Below, piece after piece: positions 37,181 to 50,039 of a stretch of 64,000 bases of DNA. The DNA lies in the NCBI RefSeq assembly GCF_964213995.1, contig NW_027590163.1, positions 806,001 through 870,000 on the forward strand, read 5' to 3'. The DNA is from Mustelus asterias. Lineage: Eukaryota. The notes under the pieces were generated by a model. It was not told where the DNA came from and did no database searches. It saw only the letters and a list, made by a program, of their open reading frames with translations. The first letter of the stretch is position 1; each line of letters begins with the position of its first letter. Position numbers and translations under genes: made by a program.

Positions 37181-40100
37181 CAAATGATCTTCTACAAAGA
37201 TGCAAGAAAGCAGGCAAGATACTGAAAGGACGACAGATCACGAACCCACTCAGGTCAACCTATAACACAGACTACGCTGAGGGACTTTGCCGTCGCACCT
37301 CTCTCACCCTCCTCAAACACCTCGTACACCAGCTCTACAGCAAACGCCGCAGCCTGGAAACCAAGATAGAATCCATATTCTCAACTTGCGCTCAGGATGC
37401 AGACCAGCTGCGAAACTCTGCCAAGCAGACGAGACAAAGGAACTACACCATCTACATGCACACCAAGAACAGGAAACTTGAGAAACTCGGCATCACCACC
37501 AGCAGCAACCAAGCCTCCCCCGGTACCACAGTAGAAAACATTACCACTGCAGGGAAGTCCATTGTCAACTTGTCCGACTGCACACTTCAACCAGATGAAA
37601 TTGAAGTTCTCAGCCGAGGGCTTAATTTTTGCCCCACCACCAAAATAGACCCCATCAGTCTCGCAGCGGACACAGAGGAATTCATCAGGCGAATGTAGCT
37701 GTGGGAGTTCTTCCACAAACCCCAAGAGGCCAACAGCGAACACAATGAGACAGCCAATGAACCGGAACAGCCGACAGAGAGATCCGCAGTGCATCCGAAG
37801 AGGAAAGAGTCGAATTGGATTCCTCCGGAAGGCCGCTGCCCTCGACGTGACATGTATGCCCAAGCCATCAGGAGGTGCGTCAACACCAAATTCATCAGCC
37901 GCACTCACAAGACAGCCCCAAACATCACCCAAGCACAACGCAACGCCATCCACGCTCTCAAGACCAACCGCAACATTGTCATCAAACCAGCAGACAAAGG
38001 AGGGGCCATCGTCATACTGATCAGAACGGATTACTGCAAAGAAGTGTACCGACAACTAAACAATGAGGAACCCGTAGATCCGACCAAATAACACACCCGT
38101 CAACTCAACATTCTGATCAAGACCTTTGATCCGGACCTTCAGAGCACCCTCCGTGCTCTCATCCCACATACTCCCCATGTTGGAGATCTCTACTGCCTCC
38201 CGAAGATACACAAGGCCAACACACCCGGCCGTCCCATCGTATCAGGCAATGGGACCCTGTGCGAGAACCTCTCCGGCTATGTCAAGAGCATCCTGAATCC
38301 CATTGTACAAAGACCCCCAGCTTTTGTCGTGACACTACGGACTTCCTACAGAAACTCAGCGCACATGGAGCAGTTGAACCAGGAGCACTCCTCGTCACAA
38401 TGGATGTCTCGGCACTCTACACCAGCATCCCCCACGACGATGGCATTGCCGAAACGGCCTCAGTACTCAATGCCGTCAACTGTCAGTTTCCAGATGCAAT
38501 TTTACAACTCATCCGCTTCATCCTGGACCACAATATCTTCACCTTCAACAACCAGTTCTTCATCCAGACACACGGAACAGCCATGGGGACCAAATTCGCA
38601 CCTCAATATGCCAACATCTTCATGCACAGGTTCAAACAAGACTTCTTCACTGCACGGGACCTTCAACCGATGCTATACACTAGATACATCAATGACATTT
38701 TCTTCCTTTGGACTCATGGTGAACAATCACTGAAACAACTATATGATGACATCAACAAGTTCCATCCCACCATCAGACTCACCATGGACTACTCTCCGGA
38801 ATCGGTTGCATTCTTGGACACACGCATCTCCATTAAGGACAGTCACCTCAGCACCTCACTATACCGCAAGCCCACGGATAACCTCACGATGCTCCACTTC
38901 TCCAGCTTCCACCCTAAACACGATAAAGAAGCCATCCCCTATGGACAAGCACTCCGTATACACAGGATCTGCCCGGGTGAGGAGGATCGCAACAGACACC
39001 TGCAGACGCTGAAAGATGCCCTCATAAGAACAGGATACAGTGCTCGACTCATCGATCAACAGTTCCAACGTGCCACAGCGAAAAACCGCACCGACCTCCT
39101 CAGAAGACAAACACGGGACACGGTGGACAGAGTACCCTTCGTTGTCCAGTACTTCCCCGGAGCGGAGAAGCAACGGCATCTCCTCCGGAGCCTTCAACAT
39201 GTCATTGATGAAGATGAACATCTCACCAAGGCCATCCCCACACCCCCACTTCTTGCCTTCAAACAACCGCACAACCTCAAACAGACCATTGTCCGCAGCA
39301 AACTACCCAGCCTTCAGGAGAACAGTGACCACGACACCACACAACCCTGCCACAGCAACCTCTGCAAGACATGCCGGATCATCGACACAGATGCCATCAC
39401 CGCACGTGAGAACACCATCCACCAGGTACACGGTACATACTCTTGCAACTCGGCCAACATTGTCGACCTGTTACGCTGCAGGAAAGGATGTCCCGAGGCA
39501 TGGTACATTGGGGAAACCATGCAGACGCTGCGACAATGGATGAATGAACACCGCTCGACAACCACCAGGCAAGACTGTTCTCTACCTGTTGGGGAGCACT
39601 TCAGCGGTCACGGGCATTCAGCCTCTGATATTCGGGTAAGCGTTCTCCAAGGCGGCCTTCACGACACACGACGGCACAGAGTCGCTGAGCAGAAACTGAT
39701 AGCCAAGTTCTGCACACATGAGGACGGCCTCAACCGGGATATTGGGTTCATGTCACACTATTTGTAACCCCCACAGCCTGCCTGGACCTGCAGAGTTTCA
39801 CTGGCTGTCCTGTCTGGAGACAATACACATCTCTTTAGCCTGTCTTGATGCTCTCTCCACTCACATTGTTTGTATCTTAAAGACTTGATTCCAACCATTA
39901 TTCTGTAAATTGAGTTTGTGTCTTTATAAGCCCTGTTTGTGAGCAGAATTCCCACTCACCTGAAGAAGGGGCTTGGGGCTCCGAAAGCTTGTAAGGCTTT
40001 TGCTACCAAATAAATCTGTTGGACTTTAACCTGGTGTTGTTAAACTTCTTCCCGAGATTAAAGTCATGATGTGGAGATGCCGGCGTTGGACTGGGGTAAA

Positions 40101-40217
40101 GACAGTAAGAAGTTTAACAACACCAGGTTAAAGTCCAACAGGTTTATTTGGTAGTGTGGCTTGTGAGGCTTTTGCAACCAAATAAACCTGTTGGAGTTTA
40201 ACCTGGTGTTCAACTTC
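37181..40217 (+). mobile_element. Large Penelope-like retroelement (N-terminal region, RT, GIY-YIG, pseudo-LTR with inverted terminal duplication); stops and frameshifts
   Basis: IVIKPADKGGAIV, TMDVSALYTSI, GTAMGTKFAP, RYINDIF (YIDD altered) and WYIGET motifs; target ttcccg(a/g)gat repeated at 37171, 40049 and 40218. Confidence 0.95.
39955..39994 (+). ncRNA. Hammerhead motif in the Penelope pseudo-LTR
   Basis: CUCAC CUGAAGA A GGGGC UUGGG GCUCC GAAA GCUU GU. Confidence 0.65.
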
Positions 40218-40510
40218 TTCCCGGGATTAAAGCGTGGGAGCTGTAAACCCGGGACCTGCAGGGTCGTATTCGGGCTGTGCGGCCTACAGCGGGTGTTTGT
40301 GAAGCCAGAGCTCCCTCCCGACCCCGACTCCCGGCTCCATTTCTCCCGCAGCCCCACCGACTCACCCACTGAAAAAAGCGGCTCCCGCACTCAGGGCTCC
40401 GAGCAAAGTGACACTGCGCACGCTCCAGATACATAACTGCGCTGCGCAATGGGCTCCTGTGGAATGAATAGGACACTTTCACACCCGCACGGGCACCTGG
40501 GTATTAACGG
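40218..40510 (-). promoter_or_regulatory. Right half of the type B CpG cassette (putative ZF5 promoter)
   Basis: Collinear with 12060-12390; NRF1-like TGCGCACGC and TGCGCTGCGCA. Confidence 0.7.
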
Positions 40511-41426
40511 CGTCATTGTCAAAGACAATAATAGAAAATTATCTTGTGCAATTAGGATCAAATAATGTTTAAAAATGCATTCCTCGGAATTTGTGCGCTG
40601 CCATTCACTCTTTCTATAATTGATTTAAACCAGTGCTCTCCTGTGGGAATACCGCGAGTTTTTAAAACTTTTCCCACTGGTTTCCCTCTCTCTCTCTTCT
40701 CTCCTGAAGGAGCTCATACTGGTTGGGTAAATCCCACAGGGACTGGTTTCTTTCACTTTCTTTATCCTGATGCTGAATATTCTGTTTCATGGAATGATAC
40801 ATCACAGATGGAAACCATTTGGCTCGTCCTGCCCAGTCGGGCTGTCTTTAAGATCTATCCAATTAATCCCACAGCCCTGCTGGCAGAGTGAGAACAATGT
40901 ATATATACTGCAGCAATGCAAGAGGTGAATGGAAAATGTTTTCCAGTTGCATACCTCTCAGACACACTCACCCCTAGAAAGATAAATTGACGTGTGTACT
41001 AAGCAGATATTGAGGTTCCACTTAAAATTAAAACAGAAGGTGCTGGAAAAATGTAGCAGTCACCGGGGCCGAGTTGATGGTCAAAATGATGGTGCTGAGC
41101 TGCTGTTAGAATGTAACCAGCAATTCAACAAGCCACTCAAAATATTGAATCAAATAAAATTGATCAAAGATTGAACCAAAGTATTCCGTTTTCCAACATG
41201 GTGCTATGATTTTTTGTGATGGTTTTAATGTTCTCACAATTACCTGGTGTAGTCTGGGTTTATTTTATACTCATTCCAACCCATCGCTGTTCATGAAGCA
41301 CATTACCCCCACTCTGATTCCCCATCCCATCAGAGACAACTCAGTCACTGACTGGAAACTAGGGCTTTTCATGAGAGCTCTGACAACCGAGAATGCACAG
41401 TAGGCAGAATGAACCTGAGCTAACAA

Positions 41427-44325
41427 ACCCCAGACAGTGAACATTATCTCCCAGACCCGAATATAAAGTAGTGAACATTCTCCCCACAGACCTGAATATA
41501 AAATAGCGAACATTATCCCCTCGACCCAATATAAAACAGTGAACATTATCCCCCCAGACCTGAATATAAAGCAGTGAACATTCTTCCCCCAGACCCGAAT
41601 ATAAAAGAGCGAACATTATACCCCCCAGACCCAAATATAAAACAATGAACATTATCCCCCCAGACCCGAATATAAAACAGTGAACATTATTCCCCCGACC
41701 CAAATATAAAACAATGAACATTATCCCCCAGACCTGAATATAAAACAGTGAACATTATCCCCCCCCAGACCCGAATATAAAACAGTAAACATTATCCCCC
41801 CTCAGACCCGAATATAAAACAATGAACATTATCCCCCCCAGACCCGAATATAAAACAGTGAACATTATCCCCCCAGACCCGAATATAAAACAGTGAACAT
41901 TATCCCCCCAGACCCGAATATAAAACAGTGAACATTATCCCCTCCAGACACGAATATAAAACAGTGAACATTATCCCCCCAGACCAGAATATAAAACAGT
42001 GAACATTATCCCCCAGACCCGAATATAAAACAGTGAACATTATCCCCCCCAGACCCGAATATAAAACAGTGAACATTATCCTCCAGACCGGAATATAAAA
42101 CAGTGAACATTATCCCCCCCCCAGACCCGAATATACAACAGTGAACATTAGCCGCCCCAGACCCGAATATAAAACAGTGAACATTATCCCCCAGACCCGA
42201 ATATAAAAGAGTGAACATTATCCCCCCCCAGACCTGAATATAAAACAGTGAATATTATCCCCCCCAGACCCGAATATAAAACAGTGAACATTATCCCCCC
42301 CAGATCCGAATGTAAGAGTGAACATTGTCCCCCCCAGACCCGAATATAAAACAGTGAACATTATCCCCCCCCAGACCTGAATATAAAACAGTGAATATTA
42401 TCCCCCCCAGACCCGAATATAAAACAGTGAACATTATCCCCCCCAGATCCGAATGTAAGAGTGAACATTGTCCCCCCCAGACCCGAATATAAAACAGTGA
42501 ACATTATCCCCCCCCAGACCTGAATATAAAACAGTGAATATTATCCCCCCCAGACCCGAATATAAAACAGTGAACATTATCCCCCCCCAGACCTGAATAT
42601 AAAACAGTGAACATTGTCCCCCCCAGACCCGAATATAAAACAGTGAACATTATCCCCCCCCAGACCTGAATATAAAACAGTGAACATTATCCCCCAGACC
42701 CGAATATAAAAGAGTGAACATTATCCCCCCCCAGACCTGAATATAAAACAGTGAATATTATCCCCCCCAGACCCGAATATAAAACAGTGAACATTATCCC
42801 CCCCAGATCCGAATGTAAGAGTGAACATTGTCCCCCCCAGACCCGAATATAAAACAGTGAACATTATCCCCCCCCAGACCTGAATATAAAACAGTGAATA
42901 TTATCCCCCACAGACCCGAATATAAAACAGTGAACATTATCCCCCCCAGATCCGAATGTAAGAGTGAACATTGTCCCCCCCAGACCCGAATATAAAACAG
43001 TGAACATTATCCCCCCCCAGACCTGAATATAAAACAGTGAATATTATCCCCCCCAGACCCGAATATAAAACAGTGAACATTATCCCCCCCCAGACCTGAA
43101 TATAAAACAGTGAATATTATCCCCCCCAGACCCGAATATAAAACAGTGAACATTATCCCCCCAAGACCCGAATATAAAACAGTGAACATTATCCCCCCCA
43201 GACCCAAATATAAAACAGTGAACATTATCCCCCCCAGACCTGAATATAAAACAGTGAACATTATCCCCCCCAGACCCGAATATAAAGCAGTGAACATTAT
43301 CCCCCAGACCCGAATATAAAGCAGTGAACATTATCCCCCCCAGACCCGAATATAAAACAGTGAACATTATCCCCCCCAGACCCGAATATAAAACAGTGAA
43401 CATTATCCCCCCCAGACCCGAATATAAAACAGTGAACATTATCCCCCAGACCCGAATATAAAACAGTGAACATTATCCCCCCCAGACCCGAATATAAAAC
43501 AGTGAACATTATCCCCCAGACCCAAATATAAAACAGTGAACATTATCCCCCCCAGACCCGAATGTAAAACAGTGAACATTATCCCCCCCAGACCCGAATA
43601 TAAAACAGTGAACATTATCCCCCAGACCCGAATATAAAACAGTGAACATTATCCCCCCCAGACCCGAATATAAAACAGTGAACATTATCCCCCAGACCGG
43701 AATATAAAACAGTGAACATTAACCCCCCCAGAACCGAATATAAAACAGTGAAGATTATCCCCCCCAGACCCGAATATAAAACAGTGAACATTATCCCCCA
43801 GACCCGAATATAAAACAGGGAACATTATCCCCCCCGGACCCGAATATAAAACAGTGAACATTATCCCTCAGACCCGAATATAAAACAGTGAACATTATCC
43901 CTCAGACCCGAATATAAAACAGTGAACATTATCCGCCAGATCCGAATATAAAACAGTGAACATTATCCCTCAGACCCGAATATAAAACAGTGAACATTAT
44001 CCGCCAGATCCGAATATAAAGCAGTGAACATTATCCCCCCCCAGACCCGAATATAAAACAGTGAACATTATCCCCCCCAGACCCAAATATAAAACAGTGA
44101 ACATTATCCCCCAGACCCGAATATAAAACAGTGAACATTATCCCCCCCAGACCCGAATATAAAACAGTGAACATTATCCCCCCAGACCCGAATATAAAAC
44201 AGTGAACATTATTCCCCCCCAGACCCGAATATAAAACAGTGAACATTATCCCCCCCAGACCCGAATATAAAACAGTGAACATTATCCCCCCCAGACCCGA
44301 ATATAAAACAGTGAACATTATCCAC
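41427..44325. repeat. Minisatellite of about 80 units: agacccgaatataaaacagtgaacattat plus C5-9 (modal unit 36 bp)
   Basis: Direct tandem repeats with no unique spacers; degenerate at both edges. Confidence 0.97.
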
Positions 44326-44832
44326 TCCACACTTGAATACAAAATTGTCCTGATGGATTCAGACAACATTATCACAATATTCCAAATGTGTTTTTTCCAG
44401 GAATAGATTCAGCGGCTGCATCACTGGAGGCCAGAGATACTCTCCTCATACTCGGCTCATGTGAGGAATCCCTCCAATGAGGCTCAGGAATGCTGCAACC
44501 AGAGTCACGTGACCACCAAGTGTGTAACTGAACAAACTACCGCAACGTTGAAGATGTGTTTCAGTGAGAAATGATTTGCTTCACCTGTTGCTTCAGATGA
44601 GAGAGAAAATGTCCCTTTCTGGGGTAATTTGACCTTGACCCAGGCACTTTTCAGATCTGAAAGTGATGGCCTTTAGCACAATCACAAGGCTGCACAATAC
44701 AGAGGGAACACTAATCTGTTTCATTCTGTGACTATGTCGTGGTTACACGAGTGATACTTTCCACTAATTAGCTGCCAGCACCAAAAAGGCATTCAGCCCC
44801 CCACACAAATGAGCAAGACTGGGTATGAATAT

Positions 44833-45103
44833 CTTTATTTGGTAGCAAATACCATTAGCTTTCGGAGCGCTGCTCCTTCATCAGATAGAGCTCTCAAACA
44901 GGGCACAGAGACACAAAATCAAGTCACAGAATACTGATTAGAATGCGAATCTCTACTGCTAACCAGGTCTTAAAGATACAAACAATGTGAGTGGAGGGAG
45001 CATTAAGCACAGGTTAAAGAGATGTGTATTGTCTCCAGACAGTAACCCCCACAGCTTGCCTCCTGGACTTGCAGAATCTCACTGGCTGTCCTGTCTGGAG
45101 ACA
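44833..45103 (-). mobile_element. Penelope pseudo-LTR fragment with an inverted segment
   Basis: Matches 24470-24690; 45043-45103 is inverted (matches 39764-39822). Confidence 0.8.
44852..44888 (-). ncRNA. Hammerhead motif with the best-preserved core and stem II
   Basis: CUAU CUGAUGA A GGAGC AGC GCUCC GAAA GCUA AUGG. Confidence 0.7.
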
Positions 45104-45366
45104 ATTGGAAATCTTAAGCAGTGGAACCTTTCAGACACTGAATTGTACAGTTTGCACCAAACATCAATTTCAGATTTCAGGAAAAGTTCATAAACTTATT
45201 ATCAACAAGTTCCTGTTGAGAGTTCCTGAATTTAAAAAATCACAGATGGTGCTTTTAAAAAGGGACACAGCAGCCCTGAAAATCAGTGACATCTCAGAAC
45301 ATTAAACTTCAGCCAGTTGTAGCGATTGTTAATGTCAGCAGAAACAAACCAAATATTGTCAGACTA

Positions 45367-46263
45367 TCAATCCTGGATGTGATTAACAGCTGCAGTAACT
45401 GCAAAGTCCAACTCCTGCTGACAATTGTGAACTTGCAGATGTGTCAGCAAGTGGGATGACCGAGTGTATCCCTTCCCACACACAGAGCAGGTGAATGGCC
45501 TCTCCCCAGTGTGCGTGAGCTCATGGAAATGCAGGCTGCCAGACTGAGTGAATCCCTTCCCACACATGGAGCAAGTGAATGGTCTCTCCCCAGTGTGAGT
45601 GCGTTGATGAGCAGTGAGGATTGATAACTGCCTGAAACTCTTTCCACAGTATGTGCAAATAAATGGCTTCTCCTCAGTGTGAATTCGCTGATGTGACAGG
45701 AGGCCGGATGAATTGGTGAATTCCCTCCCACACGTGGAACAGGTGAACAGCCTTTCCCCAGTGTGAACTCGCTTGTGTGCACTGAGGTTGGATGAAGACC
45801 TGAACCTCTTTCCACAGGAAGTGCAGCTGAACGGTCTCTCCTCTGTGTGAACTCGCTGGTGTGACAGCAGGTTAGATGACAGAGTGAATCTCTTACCACA
45901 CACAGAACAGGTGAATGGCTTCTCTCCTGTGTGAATTCGCTGGTGTGACCAAAGACCGGATGGCCCAGCAAAATCCTTCCCACACAAGGAGCAGGTGAAC
46001 GATCTCTCCCCAGTATGAACTCGCTGATGTGCACTGAGGTTGGATGAACATGAGAACCCCTTTCCACAGGTGGAGCAGCTGAACGGCCTCTCCTCAGTGT
46101 GAGTTCGCTGGTGTAACAGCAGGTGGGATGAGGTAGTGAATCCTTTCCCACACACAGAACAGATGAATGGCCTCTCTCCAGTGTGACTGTGTCTATGGTT
46201 TTCCAGCAAGTATGGATAATTGAATCCTTTACCACAATCCTCACATTTCCACGGTTTGTCCAT
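45367..46263 (-). CDS. C2H2 ZF protein ZF6, 298 aa, 10 fingers plus C-terminal tail
   Basis: Intact ORF MDKPWKCEDCGK...HNCQQELDFAVTAAVNHIQD; likely intron from donor caggcccag|gtgagt (47901) to acceptor ttttgcag (~46628). Confidence 0.9.
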   Translation of the reverse strand: MDKPWKCEDCGKGFNYPYLLENHRHSHTGERPFICSVCGKGFTTSSHLLLHQRTHTEERPFSCSTCGKGFSCSSNLSAHQRVHTGERSFTCSLCGKDFAGPSGLWSHQRIHTGEKPFTCSVCGKRFTLSSNLLSHQRVHTEERPFSCTSCGKRFRSSSNLSAHKRVHTGERLFTCSTCGREFTNSSGLLSHQRIHTEEKPFICTYCGKSFRQLSILTAHQRTHTGERPFTCSMCGKGFTQSGSLHFHELTHTGERPFTCSVCGKGYTRSSHLLTHLQVHNCQQELDFAVTAAVNHIQD

Positions 46264-47253
46264 GGTGCTGGTATCCTTCTGTCTCTCCAGGTTGGATGAT
46301 TAGTTGAAGCCTCACCCACATACAGACCATGTGTATGGTTTCTCCCCACTGTGAATGGTGTAATGTCTTTCAGGATATGTAACTTGTTAAAGCTCTATCC
46401 ACAGTCAGTTCACTGGAGCACTCTCACTTGGGTGTGTGTGTGTCTCCGTTCTTTTGCTGTCACATTGAATTTTGAAATTTTCTCCCACTGACAAAACAGG
46501 GAATGATTTCTCCCTCCACTGTCAAAAGCAATCATATTCAGGCCAGAATGAATCGAATGGCTCTGTCAGACTTTGATCTGAAGTTTAGTTTGAGTTTCCT
46601 GTCTGTGAATCCTCCTCATCAAGTTCCCTGCAAAAAGAGTTTTAAAAAACTAATTCAGAACAGACAATTTCAGTTTCCACGAAACATTTCTCTATCTCAT
46701 TTATCTTGAGCTGTAATCCCCATCCCACACTCTCTCTCTTGTCCCCGAGCTGAAATCAAACTCATTGCCCCATCTCCACTCTGAGCCCAGCTCCCTCTCC
46801 CTCCAGCTGGATTCAGTCCTCCAGACCATGTGCAGATTGAGAGTACAATCAAGGAGTCAATTATTTTCCTTCCAAGTCAGGGGACGTGCAGCCCCACTGA
46901 CTCTGTTGTTACCACAATAGGCACATGTGCTCTGCCCACCAATGAAACACCGCGGTGACCATTAACATGGGCCTGTTCCTAGGAAAGGCTTCATTTTATT
47001 TGTGCCACAACAGCAGGGGAATTACCTCCTGCACAGACACAAAGGTATCATCAGTCACAGAAAATAATTGCAGCTGGTGTCTCAAACCTCATTTTACCAT
47101 TTGCTCTCAGACATTCTCAATTCAATTTTGAAATGCAAACTGAAATCTGGCATTGTGGGGTAAATTAAAACACATTTTAATGGTCATTTTCAGAATGACT
47201 ATTCCTGAGAATTAATTCCCAAGTCAGTAAATTAAAATTCTCATCAGCAATGG

Positions 47254-47583
47254 AGGTGGCACAGTGGTTAGCACTGCTGCCTCACAGCTCCAGGGACCTG
47301 GGTTCGATTCCCAACTGGGGTTACTGTCCTTGTGTAGTCTGCCCGTTCTCCCCATGTCTGCGTGGGTTTTCTCCAGATGCTCCGGTTTCCTCCCATTGTC
47401 CAAAGAGATGCCAGTTGGGGGAATTGGCTATGCTAAATTGCCCCTTAGGGTCCTGGGATGAGTAGGTTAGAGGGATTAGCAGGTTACATATGTGGGGTTA
47501 CGGGAACAGGGCCTAGGTGGGATTGTTGCCAGTGCAGACTCGATGGGCCGAATCACCTCCTTCAGCACTGTCGGGATTCTATG
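47254..47583 (+). mobile_element. V-SINE
   Basis: Head, V-domain and tail. Confidence 0.85.
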
Positions 47584-47759
47584 AAATACATTGGGAGAAT
47601 TGCTATTTTAATGGGTATTTTCACAAGTGCTATAAAATGATTTTTCAAAACAAATTATTATTTTCTTCAACAGATGATTAATAAATAAACAGTATTTAAT
47701 AAAACTACCACCCAATATGGGGTTCTGGATTCTAACTCAGGGTTTCTGAGCTCCAGGAA

Positions 47760-48500
47760 CCACTAACTGAACCAACCGGGAATTGTCTCCGCAAAACTTC
47801 CCCAACTCCCTCCCGGGAAAAAGCTGCAAACCCGGGAGCTGCAGCTTTTTACTGGGGGTGTTGGGGCCTCCAGCGGGTGTTTGTGAATCCTCCCCACTCA
47901 CCTGGGCCTGTTCCCGGGAGGGAGGGAGGGAGGGAGAAGCCCCGCAGCTGCAAACCAGGGAGCTGACAATGATTCTGAAGGGTTTGCGGATCCACAAAGT
48001 GTTTCCAAATCCTCCCAGCCACCGCCTAACGCTGACTCCGCTTCTCCGGGACAAACAAGCGCCAAGGACAGCAATGACACTGCGCATGCTCCACATCACA
48101 ATGACCGAGGGACTGATTGACGGCAGCTCCGGACCAATAGGAAGAGGGGGCGGAGCTGGAGGACCGAGCGGGAGCGGCTGGTCCTCCAACCAATCGGAGT
48201 GAATGAGGGGCGCGACCTGAAGCATGCGCAGTGCGGGTAATGGCGACGGACGGCCGGTTTGAGTTTGGAAGCGAGATCAATACGAGGTAGAGGGCGGCGC
48301 GCGGGGAATGATAAATGTGGCGGGTGGGTGGAGAGACTTTGTAAACATGTTGTTCAAACCCAAACCCCGGAAATGAACTTCCCGGTCCCCCCCTTTGTAC
48401 CCAATGGAGCGGCAGCTTGTAGTGTTAGACCCGGGCTGACTGCCGCCATTGAGGCTGCATGTGGGAGGCCGGCAGGGATTGTGATCGGAGAGCGAAGCCC
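47760..48500. promoter_or_regulatory. CpG promoter cassette (type A) and first exon of ZF6
   Basis: NRF1-like sites at ~48081 and ~48222; CCAAT at ~48134 and ~48190; ETS-like CCGGAAAT; GTGAGT donor. Confidence 0.75.
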
Positions 48501-48610
48501 TGACGTCACAATGGAATGGGTGAGAGTGTGACGTCACAATGGAATGGGTGAGGGTGTGTCGTCACAATGGAATGGGTGAGTGTGATGTCACAATGGAAGG
48601 GGTGAGAGTT
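48501..48610. repeat. 28-bp CRE-containing tandem array (4 units)
   Basis: Unit tgacgtcacaatggaatgggtgagagtg. Confidence 0.85.
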
Positions 48611-48659
48611 CCAGATGAGCTGAGACTGGGCTGGAGTCGGGCGATGGCACTGACATGTG

Positions 48660-48955
48660 GCCCGGTGGCACAGTGGTTAGTGCAGCTGCCTAACAGCGCC
48701 AGGGACCCGGGTTCAATTCCAGCCTCGGGTCGCTGTCTGTGCAGAGTTTCTACATTCTACCCGTGTCTGTGTGGGTTTCCTCCGGGTGTTCCGGTTTCCT
48801 TCCACAGTCCAAAGATGTGCTGGTTAGACGGATTGGCCATGATAAATTGCCACTTGGTATCAGGGGGTTAACAGGTAAATATGTGGATAGGGCCTGGATG
48901 GGATTGTTGTCGGTGCAGGCTCGATGGGCTGAATGGCCTCCTTCTACGCTGTATT
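48660..48955 (+). mobile_element. V-SINE (duplicated copy at ~62788-63083)
   Basis: Head, V-domain and tail; near-identical paralog with the same flanks. Confidence 0.85.
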
Positions 48956-49384
48956 TTATTATTCATTATCATTAATTAATTACTATTAATGCTTCTATGA
49001 ATGAAGGTGGTCTTGATGATGATGTGGACATGTGGCTGGAAGCTCATCTTGGGATGAACTATTTCACCCTGGTTATGAACAGCCTGGTCCAGCCTCAGAC
49101 AGTTGCCAGGAGGAGAGATAAAGTTGTTGGTGAGGGAGTGGAGTTCATAGTGGGGACTGAACACAATGGGTTCAGTCTTCCCAGTATTTATATGAAATAA
49201 ATTTCTGTTCTTTCAGTACTGGATGTCAGACAAGTCAGGATGGTGTGTGAGTTGGAGAGGAACTTGGAGCTGATGGTGTTCACAGGGTTTGGAAATTCTG
49301 TCAAAGTTCCTGTTGAGTTGTCGATGCATAAAATCTCTCTCCTCACCTCCGGCCTCTCCTACTTCTCTCTGTTTCCACTCAGGG

Positions 49385-49775
49385 TGTGGAGATGCCGGCG
49401 TTAGACTGGGGTAAGCATAGTAAGAAGTCTCACAACACCAGGTTAAAATCCAACAGGTTAATTTGGTAGCATAAGCCACAGGCTTTTGGAGTGCTGCCCC
49501 TTCATCAGATGAGTGTGAGTTCTGTTCACAAACAGGGCATATAAAGACACAAACTCAATTTACAAGGTAATGGTTGGAATGCGAGTCTTTCCAGGGAATC
49601 AAGTCTTAAAGGTACAAACAATGTGAGTGGAGAGAGGGTTAAGCACAGGTTAAAGAGATGTGTATTGTCTCCAGCCAGGACAGTTGGTGAGATTTTGCAA
49701 GCCCAGGCATGTCGTGGGGATTACAGATAGTGTGACATGAACCCAAGATCCCGGTTGAGGCCGTCCTCATGTGTG
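49385..49775 (-). mobile_element. Penelope 3' end and pseudo-LTR with a decayed hammerhead
   Basis: Matches 24400-24785; hammerhead GAAA mutated to AAAA. Confidence 0.85.
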
Positions 49776-50039
49776 ATTGACAGATCCATGCTCACTGCTT
49801 CCTGCCCTGGACGCAGTGAGCTGAAAATTTCCATGCAGGCTGCCAGACAGATAGATGTCCACATTACTGGAGTAAAAATGTGTGGAATATACAGACCGAA
49901 TTCACTTCATTCCCTTCAGTTGCTGCAAGTCCCCAATTTCCCCCAGAATGAGAAAAGAAATGGAAAGGGGGAAACATTGATTTCCTCCCAGATGTTGCCC
50001 AGAGGAGGAAGATTCACTCTGAAGCTCATTGGCCAACTT

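Noticed and set aside
38259-39767. Functional Penelope protein
   Set aside because: Upstream stops and frameshift, catalytic YIDD changed to YIND, and GIY motif altered
41427-44325. CRISPR-like array or repetitive protein (MFTVLYSGLGGI)n
   Set aside because: No unique spacers and no cas genes; eukaryotic context; ORFs switch frame with C-run length
45444-46349. Long alternative-frame ORFs over ZF arrays (also 31273-31902, 31311-31898, 54743-55456)
   Set aside because: Shadow frames of the 84-bp finger repeat ([14 protein letters not shown] / [14 protein letters not shown])
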